From: Octopus sinensis
Taxonomy: Eukaryota
Length of the DNA: 5,182 nucleotides
Assembly: GCF_006345805.1 (NCBI RefSeq)
Contig: NW_021830368.1
Coordinates: 1 to 5,182, forward strand
Direction of reading: 5' to 3'
Made by a program: the position numbers and the translations under genes. Below are positions 1 through 5,182 of this stretch, piece by piece (position 1 is the first letter of the stretch; every line of letters begins with the position of its first letter). The notes beneath the pieces were generated by a model that was given only the letters and a program-made list of their open reading frames with translations, did not search any database and was not told the DNA's origin.

Positions 1-41
1 ACATATCTAAATTAGCATATAACGATGAATAAAGGAAAATG

Positions 42-129
42 CATGTGTCCGTGTGTGTATATGTATGTATGTGTGTGACTGTGCGTGTGTTGTCAGTATT
101 CATGTGTATACCAAGTGCATTTACTTACA

Positions 130-168
<39 letters not shown>

Positions 169-265
169 GTATGTATACGCACACACATACACAGACACAC
201 ACACACACATACGCTTTTGTAGTTAGATAGATAAACATATGGATAGATAAATGGACAGACAGATA
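42..265. repeat. Compound microsatellite: (GT/TATG)-rich, (AT)n 133-167, (CA)n ~180-210, degenerate (TAGA)n ~222-265
   Basis: Simple repeats read directly from the sequence. Confidence 0.95.
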
Positions 266-314
266 AATTGATATTCTATAAGAGATGGAAATTGACACAT
301 TCTCACGCAGTCTT

Positions 315-361
315 TCCTTCCTCTCTCCACCCTCCTCTCTCTCCTCTCTTCTCTCTCTCTA

Positions 362-362
<1 letters not shown>
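315..362. repeat. Degenerate (CT)n pyrimidine tract
   Basis: ccttcctctctccaccctcctctctctcctctcttctctctctct. Confidence 0.9.
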
Positions 363-393
<31 letters not shown>

Positions 394-755
394 GTATGCA
401 TACATATATGTATACATATATGTGTGTGTATATATAGGTATATATATATATTATATATATATTATATATATATATATATTATATATATATACACGTATAT
501 ACTTGTAAATATATATATATATTATATATATATATATATACATACGTACACACTCATACGTACATACATACATACATCATACATACATATATATATAATA
601 TACATTTATATATGTATATATATATACATTTATATATGGTATTATATATGTATATATATATGTATATATATATTTATGTATTATATATATATATATATAA
701 TATATATATATATATATAATATATATATATATATATTATACATATATTACATTTG

Positions 756-800
<45 letters not shown>
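363..800. repeat. Long imperfect (TA)n microsatellite with (TACA)/(TATG) interruptions
   Basis: About 440 bp of mostly alternating TA. Confidence 0.97.
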
Positions 801-803
<3 letters not shown>

Positions 804-918
804 GTACATGTTCATAGAGAGAGGCACACATATGTAGCGTTTCTATATTTACTTTTGTGAAGCATAAGAGAATTGGAACTAATTATTTTTCACATTGTCG
901 TAAATAATATTTGTTTTG

Positions 919-980
919 ACAACAACAACAACAACAACAACAGCAATAACATTACCAGCGACGACAACAACAGCAACAAT
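919..980. repeat. (AAC)n trinucleotide microsatellite with a degenerate 3' half
   Basis: acaacaacaacaacaacaacaacagcaataac...acgacaacaacagcaacaat. Confidence 0.93.
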
Positions 981-1887
981 CAGAGGAATTGGTACGCCAG
1001 TCGCAGAAACAATATCACTAATATTTACTCTCTTTTAATGTCTTTTTGTCTCAACCGCGCAAGCTCTGCCATTACGGACATGTTGAATTCAGTTACAGAC
1101 GCTACAATCGCTGATGCGACACGACTATTTATGGCTACGAACAACTGTTTCAGTCCATATTTTAGGTTTACTACTAGGTGGTCCGGCAACTTTGCAGCAA
1201 ATATGGGTGGGTGGTGAAGACGCTCACGTCGCAGGCACTGAGCTCCCTGTTCGATCCCACCGTCCGGCTGCTTTGCGCTGTTTGGTAGATGAAAACTGTG
1301 CCAAAAAATAAGTGATGTCATGATATTTGCCCAACGCCTTCTTTCTATAATTTTCAGCTTTCGGTGCCCCATCTCTAATTTTTGTCAACTTTATAGAATT
1401 CATCAGGGAATGTTTTCTTAATCTCTTCATAGACCAGTTCCACTTGCTTTTATGTATTTGAAGATATTGGTCTATTGATTTTTGACGTCCAAAGAATGGT
1501 CTGATCTTCTTGGAAAAGCTTAACAATTCACACTTCTCCAGAATATTTTCTCCTGGCCAAAAATCTTGTGTTATGTCACAATTTTTTCACGCATTCTTTG
1601 ATGCTACTTTGATGGAAGAATTGAGAAATAGTTGACATTACTTTCAAAAAGACATCCCAAACCAGATAAATTAAATCAATGAGATGTAAGGCACTGGGAG
1701 AGTCTTCCAGAGACTTCTGGAATCACTGTATTTCCAGTTTGTCGGTAATTATTTCTCTGTTATATGGAGAACCCTTTGCTACAGGAGCGTTGTCCAAAGA
1801 AGCATGAAACTCCATAAAAACACGTAAAAATAAGTGAGTTTTATTTTATGTTCTGGAAATTCTGAAGTTGGTCCTGAAATGTTGTTC

Positions 1888-1901
1888 CAAGGCCTTAGTC
1901 G
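1888..1901 (+). repeat. Left TSD of SINE 1902-2195 (CAAGGCCTTAGTCG)
   Basis: Identical 14-mer at 2196-2209. Confidence 0.95.
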
Positions 1902-2195
1902 TGGAGGCACATGGCCTAGTGGTTAGAGCAGCGGACTCGCGGTCGAGGGATCGCGGGTTCGAATCTCAGAGCGGGCGTTGTGTGTTTATGAGCGAAACAC
2001 CTAAACTCCACGCGGTTCCCGCAGAAGGTAATGGCGAACTTCTGCAGACTCTTTCGCCACAACTTTCACTTTTTCCTCCTGCATCTTGCAGTTCACCTGC
2101 GACGGACCGGCATCCCGTCCAGGTGGGGAACCTATACGCCAAGGAAACCGGGAAACCGGCCCTTATGAGCCAGGCATGACCCGAGAAGGAACAAA
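1902..2195 (+). mobile_element. Full-length tRNA-derived SINE (tRNA-Arg-like head), 294 bp
   Basis: Pol III A-box TGGCCTAGTGG (1912-1922) and B-box GGTTCGAATCT (1956-1966), followed by a tRNA-unrelated body and a short AAC-type tail (aaggaacaaa). Flanked by the perfect direct repeat CAAGGCCTTAGTCG at 1888-1901 and 2196-2209. Confidence 0.93.
1912..1966 (+). promoter_or_regulatory. Internal RNA polymerase III type-2 promoter (A and B boxes) of the SINE
   Basis: TGGCCTAGTGG and GGTTCGAATCT at tRNA-like spacing. Confidence 0.85.
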
Positions 2196-2209
2196 CAAGG
2201 CCTTAGTCG
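2196..2209 (+). repeat. Right TSD of SINE 1902-2195
   Basis: Identical 14-mer at 1888-1901. Confidence 0.95.
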
Positions 2210-2429
2210 AAGATATGAGAAGCAGTCAGCTTCGAATGTTGTTACTTTCACAAACGGTCCCTTTCATTTCTTCAGTTGAAGATGGAGCTCGAAACCTGTG
2301 GCTTACCTACCCTTGAAATCTACAAAGGTATTTTCTGTGTTTTATGAAATTGTTGTTAGTTCACCCTTTGGATAATCGGAACTGAACAAAATTATAGTCG
2401 TAAGGATTTCAGATATTATAATCCTTCAA

Positions 2430-2540
2430 ACATGTATCGAAGACTGTAATATCTCTACCACTTTAAGAAAGTAAAATTTAAGTGGAGGGATATTCGACTG
2501 TTGTTTCTAGCAGTTCAAATGACAAAGCAGAAACTCCCAC
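2430..2540 (-). repeat. Degenerate fragment of an old interspersed repeat (CTGCTAGAAA-AGCAGC motif)
   Basis: TTCTAGCAGTT (2505-2515) is the exact reverse complement of AACTGCTAGAA (3384-3394), with looser similarity beyond. Resembles a common octopus repeat as I recall it; boundaries uncertain. Confidence 0.4.
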
Positions 2541-2563
2541 ACCGAGTCGTCAATATGCGTTAT

Positions 2564-2566
<3 letters not shown>

Positions 2567-2601
<35 letters not shown>

Positions 2602-2749
2602 AGGAAAGAGACAAAGTGAGAGGGGGAGAGGGAGAAGGTGATAGAGAAGGGAGAGATAGTGAGAGAGGGAGTTAGAGAGGAAAATAAAGAGGGTGAGATG
2701 ATGAGAGAGAGGGGGCAATACAGAGGGGAAAGACAGAAAGGAAAATAGA

Positions 2750-2789
<40 letters not shown>

Positions 2790-2807
2790 TGACAGACAGA
2801 CAGACAG
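2567..2807. repeat. (GA)n / purine-rich tract followed by (GACA)n
   Basis: Perfect (GA)n at both ends (~2567-2595 and ~2754-2786), degenerate G/A-rich middle, gacagacagacagacag at 2791-2807. Confidence 0.95.
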
Positions 2808-2924
2808 TGTAATTTGGCTTTCTGTTATTTTATGACGGTTTTCATAAAATTAACCATCTTTCTGTAACTGCTTTCGAAATACAAAAACCTTCACCAAATT
2901 GTTGCAATATCATTAGATATTTAC

Positions 2925-3023
2925 CTCTGAAGACGAAACGAATCAGCACATTGTCGATTCCTGTAAATGACCAAGGACACTCGTCATTCAGTTGATCCCA
3001 GTCCGGGATTGGTTCTGTCAGAG
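2925..3023 (+). other. Decayed hammerhead-ribozyme-like unit, possibly from a Penelope-like or retrozyme repeat
   Basis: CTGAAGA at 2927-2933 and GTC-AGAG at 3017-3023. Nested stems: CTCTGA/TCAGAG, GATTCC/GGGATT, AATGAC/GTCATT. The GAAAC expected just before the GTC is absent (GGTTC instead). Confidence 0.35.
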
Positions 3024-3049
3024 ACAGACATGACTAAACGATGAAATAC

Positions 3050-3280
3050 CTATTTCTTTACTACCCACAAGGGGCTAAACACAGAAGGGACAAACAAGGA
3101 CAGACAAATGGATTAAGTCGATTACATTGACCCCAGTGCGTAACTGGTACTTATTTAATCGACCCCGAAAGGATAAAAGGCAAAGTCGACCTCGGCGGAA
3201 TTTGAACTCAAACGTAGCGACAGACGAAATATCGGTAAGCATTTCGCCCGGCGTGCTAACGATTCTGCCAGCTCGTCGCC
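3050..3280 (-). mobile_element. Full-length tRNA-derived SINE, second family (octopus OR-type-like), copy A
   Basis: Minus strand begins GGCGACGAGCTGGCAGAATCGTTAGC (A-box, 3270-3260). B-box GAGTTCAAATTC (3209-3198). Core GCCTTTTATCCTTTCGGGGTCGATTAAATAAGTACCAG. Tail ...CCCCTTGTGGGTAGTAAAGAAATAG. TSD TAAA(C/T)GATGAAATAC at 3035-3049 and 3281-3295 (14/15 identical). Homologous to copies at 4062-4269 and 4286-4504. Confidence 0.93.
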
Positions 3281-3418
3281 TAAATGATGAAATACTGTTC
3301 ATCAATTACAGCACAATTCACAGAAATTATATTTGTCGCATCACTTCTTGTACATCTCTGATCCATTATTACTTAAACCGATCAACTGCTAGAAGCAGCT
3401 GGACTTCGCTAAGGAGGT

Positions 3419-3502
3419 CTGATGAGATTGGAATATGTCTAGAGTTGCTTCTATGCTGGACACAGAATACATTTAATCGATCCGAATGCTCGAAAGGCGT
3501 TC
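3419..3502 (+). other. Decayed hammerhead-ribozyme-like unit with extended stem II
   Basis: CTGATGA-G (3419-3426) ... C-GAAA (3491-3495). The intervening sequence folds: ATTGGA/TCCGAAT and TGTCTAG (3436-3442)/CTGGACA (3456-3462). Stem III is vestigial (GAAAGGCGTTC) and stem I cannot form. Confidence 0.4.
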
Positions 3503-3558
3503 TATATTGCATGCATAATTTATATTTTCATTAAAATTTCTGTGTAATTATCTTGATT

Positions 3559-3978
3559 TCTTCTTCTCGCTGGCGAATGAGGTGTGTTTGGTGTAGCCAT
3601 TCTGGCGCCGCCTGTTCGGCGCCATTATTTCGGCGCTGACTTATTTGACATCAGACAGTTTTAATGTTTCTTTCGTTCTCTCCCTAACCATTCTCACTAT
3701 CTTTTCTCTCTCTCTCTCTCTCTCTCTCTCCCCTCCCCCTCTCTGTGAGTATATTTCTCTTTATTTGTATGAGGAGAGGGAAAGTGTATATGCCAATCGT
3801 GTTCAATTAACAAATCGCAATCTAACTGTCTCTTTCTATTTATTAGGTACGACGTGTACCTGAGTTCGCCTCTAGTGCCAAAAACTACCATCACCTAAAT
3901 AGATCAACCATCCGGTCAGCCGTTCCAAATCGCCACTGTCCAAACAGCCACGCTTAATCGGCTCAACTCCTTCCTCAC
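3559..3978. mobile_element. Possible degenerate non-autonomous DNA transposon (MULE-type MITE)
   Basis: 14-bp tandem subrepeats with a GGCGC core at 3604, 3618 and 3632. Loose inverted counterpart at ~3917-3970. 9-bp direct repeat ATCTTGATT at 3550-3558 and 3979-3987. Confidence 0.4.
3705..3744. repeat. (CT)n microsatellite
   Basis: tctctctctctctctctctctctctccctccccctctct. Confidence 0.95.
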
Positions 3979-4061
3979 ATCTTGATTAAAACTGTATTCT
4001 TCGCTCCACTAAGCGTAACAGCACTTAATAAGTTGTTCTATTCCATATTCATTGAGTCCCT

Positions 4062-4269
4062 GGTTTCAAATTTTGGCACAAGGACAGCAATTTTAGAAAT
4101 TTAAGTCGATAACATCGACCCCGGTGCACTATTGGTATTTCTTTTATCGACCCTGAAAGGATGGAAGGCGAAATCGGCAGCGGTGGAATTTGAACTGTGA
4201 ACATAAAGACGGATGAAATGCTGTTAATTATTTCGTCTGGAGTGCTAAGAATTCTGCCAGCAGGCTGAC
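4062..4269 (-). mobile_element. Older, diverged tRNA-derived SINE, copy B (same head and core as copy A, different tail)
   Basis: Aligns by eye to copy A: ttaagtcgataacatcgacccc...atcgaccctgaaaggatggaaggc...ggaatttgaact...attctgccagc. Many substitutions. Tail is ggtttcaaattttggcacaagg on the + strand. No clear TSD. Confidence 0.88.
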
Positions 4270-4285
4270 TTTTCTAATGTCAATA

Positions 4286-4504
4286 ATCTTTCTAATACGG
4301 GTATAAGGTTAGCAGTTTTGTGGAGAAGGATCTGGTCGGTTACATCGACCAATTTGCTTCAGTGGTTCTTATTTTATCAACTCCGAAAGGATGAAAGGCA
4401 AAGTCAACCTCGGCGGAATTTGACCTCAGAGCGTAAAGACGAACGAAACGCCGCTAAGCAAAGCATTTCGCCCGGCGTGCTAACGATTCTGCCAGCTTGC
4501 CGCC
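4286..4504 (-). mobile_element. tRNA-derived SINE, copy C (same head and core, third tail variant)
   Basis: 37-nt identity with copy A (AAGCATTTCGCCCGGCGTGCTAACGATTCTGCCAGCT; 4461-4497 vs 3237-3273). Core cgaaaggatgaaaggcaaagtc. Internal 5-bp duplication AAGCA-AAGCA (4456-4465). B-box carries a substitution (GAGGTCAAATTC on the minus strand). Confidence 0.92.
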
Positions 4505-4507
4505 TGG

Positions 4508-4584
<77 letters not shown>

Positions 4585-4628
4585 TATAATAATAATAAAA
4601 TAATAATAATAATAATAATAATAATAAT
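4508..4628. repeat. (AAT)n microsatellite, about 40 units
   Basis: Near-perfect aat repeats with two interruptions. Confidence 0.98.
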
Positions 4629-5182
4629 CTATTATATAAAATCCGTTCTGTCTGTGTGTGTGTGTCTTCTAGGATCTCGGGCATCCTCCATCCGATTGCG
4701 CTTAAATTTGTTATATAGATACCGACGGTATCGGGGCATGTATAAGTGAGAATGTGATCGATAAAGCCGTGGGAACGTACATTTGTACGCGCAAGTACAT
4801 CAGCTGTAGCGATCGATACTACGCGTACGCGAGAAAAATGCACGTGCAGCTTGCGCAAAAAAGCCGGCTGGCCTGAAATAATGCCACAAAATGCAGTATA
4901 TTTAGGAGGCCAAAAGTGTAAGATGCAAAAGATATATTTTCTTCAAACTTGGCATGAAGGAAGGAAAGACTAATTGGTTTCTCAAGAAATTTCTTTTTGC
5001 CTTAACTTCGTTTAACAAAACCAAAAGTTTTATTGAAATAAAGGCATGCTTAATTATTTTTTAATGAAAAGAAAACACTGATTGCTTTATATTCAAGGAA
5101 GAAAATACTATTTTCTTGCTAATAAATGATTTACCATGTTTGTGTTCTCCCAGTCAACAGCCTTATCATTACTTATCATATT
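4628..5182 (+). mobile_element. Probable 5' part of a non-autonomous Helitron; 3' end not seen in this window
   Basis: Begins A|TCTATTATATAAAA (5' TC terminus after a host A). Followed by a (CTGT)/(GT)n tract and a CCGATT...AAATTTG motif, an arrangement typical of animal non-autonomous Helitron 5' ends. No hairpin plus CTRR 3' terminus found, so the right boundary is unknown. Confidence 0.6.

Larger units (their letters stand above)
1025..2300 (-). pseudogene. Decayed Mutator-like (MULE) DNA transposase remnant, interrupted by a SINE; boundaries approximate
   Basis: Manual minus-strand translation gives ordered fragments resembling motifs I recall from invertebrate Mutator-like transposases. 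FMEFHASLDNAPVAKGSPYN (1818-1759; cf. FCxxLDLPPPxxxxxYN). ELVYEEIKKTFPDEFYKVDK N*RWGT (1440-1363; cf. YxVxKxEC.GH.QKRMGT), then NYRKK. ERLHHP / LLQSC...T*N / KIW (~1228-1155; cf. YERLS...LLxRC..GxTQN...IW). KQLFVAINSRVASAIVASVTEFN...QKDIKR (1150-1031; cf. PKxxFV...RV..AV..AV.EFN...D.xR). Three fragments share one frame. Many stops, frameshifts and apparent deletions; the DGTW and GDGD catalytic motifs are not recognisable. Confidence 0.5.

Noticed and set aside
39-837. ORFs 39-230, 223-417 and 268-837
   Set aside because: Translations are YI/TH/ER runs produced by microsatellites; no protein-like content.
873-1311. Plus-strand ORFs 873-1217 and 1114-1311
   Set aside because: The poly-N comes from (AAC)n, and the rest is antisense to the decayed transposase-like frame; no recognisable motifs.
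1903-1975. Genuine tRNA gene
   Set aside because: A and B boxes are present, but the acceptor stem and anticodon arm do not pair properly, and the sequence continues into a SINE body bounded by TSDs.
2145-2190. Hammerhead in the SINE tail (GAAACCGG...CTTATGAG)
   Set aside because: The core box is CTTATGA rather than CTGANGA, and no correctly placed GAAA closes a stem II.
1868-2316. ORFs 1868-2179 and 2086-2316
   Set aside because: They run through a TSD-flanked SINE and are incidental open frames.
2402-2426. Hairpin AAGGATT...AATCCTT as a terminator
   Set aside because: Short AT-rich stem expected by chance; there is no bacterial gene context.
2927-2955. Intact minimal hammerhead CTGAAGA-C-GAAAC...GTC
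   Set aside because: Only one base separates the two core boxes (no stem II), and no stem I partner follows the GTC at 2953-2955.
3075-3534. ORFs 3075-3305 and 3127-3534
   Set aside because: SINE-derived; the same pseudo-peptide (RQSxPRRNL, SISPGVLTILPA) recurs in ORF 4318-4749 because the repeat recurs.
3587-3658. CRISPR-like array
   Set aside because: Units are 14-15 bp head-to-tail with no unique spacers; the context is eukaryotic and no cas genes are present.
3645-3894. ORFs 3645-3863 and 3697-3894
   Set aside because: Driven by the (CT)n repeat (SLSLS / ERERE).
4669-4672. CTAG as the Helitron 3' end
   Set aside because: Only ~40 bp from the 5' TC, not preceded by a GC-rich hairpin, and followed by G rather than T.
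4318-4858. ORFs 4318-4749 and 4454-4858
   Set aside because: Composed of SINE sequence plus (AAT)n, giving poly-N/I/Y/L.

Overview
Repeat-rich, non-coding eukaryotic DNA with no intact protein-coding gene. The repeat types strongly resemble octopus (cephalopod) genomic DNA; this is my recognition, not a search result. Contents: (1) long microsatellites: (TA)n, (AAC)n, (GA)n, (CT)n, (AAT)n. (2) A heavily decayed minus-strand reading frame (~1025-2300) with collinear fragments resembling a Mutator-like transposase, interrupted by a full-length tRNA-derived SINE (1902-2195) with a perfect 14-bp target-site duplication (TSD). (3) Three minus-strand copies of a second tRNA-derived SINE family that share head and core but have different tails; one has a 15-bp TSD. 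(4) Two decayed hammerhead-ribozyme-like units (CTGANGA plus a long foldable insert) at ~2925-3023 and ~3419-3502. (5) A possible MULE-type MITE with 14-bp subterminal repeats (~3559-3978). (6) The probable 5' end of a non-autonomous Helitron at 4628, carrying a dense cluster of short palindromes. Most supplied ORFs are artefacts of repeats.
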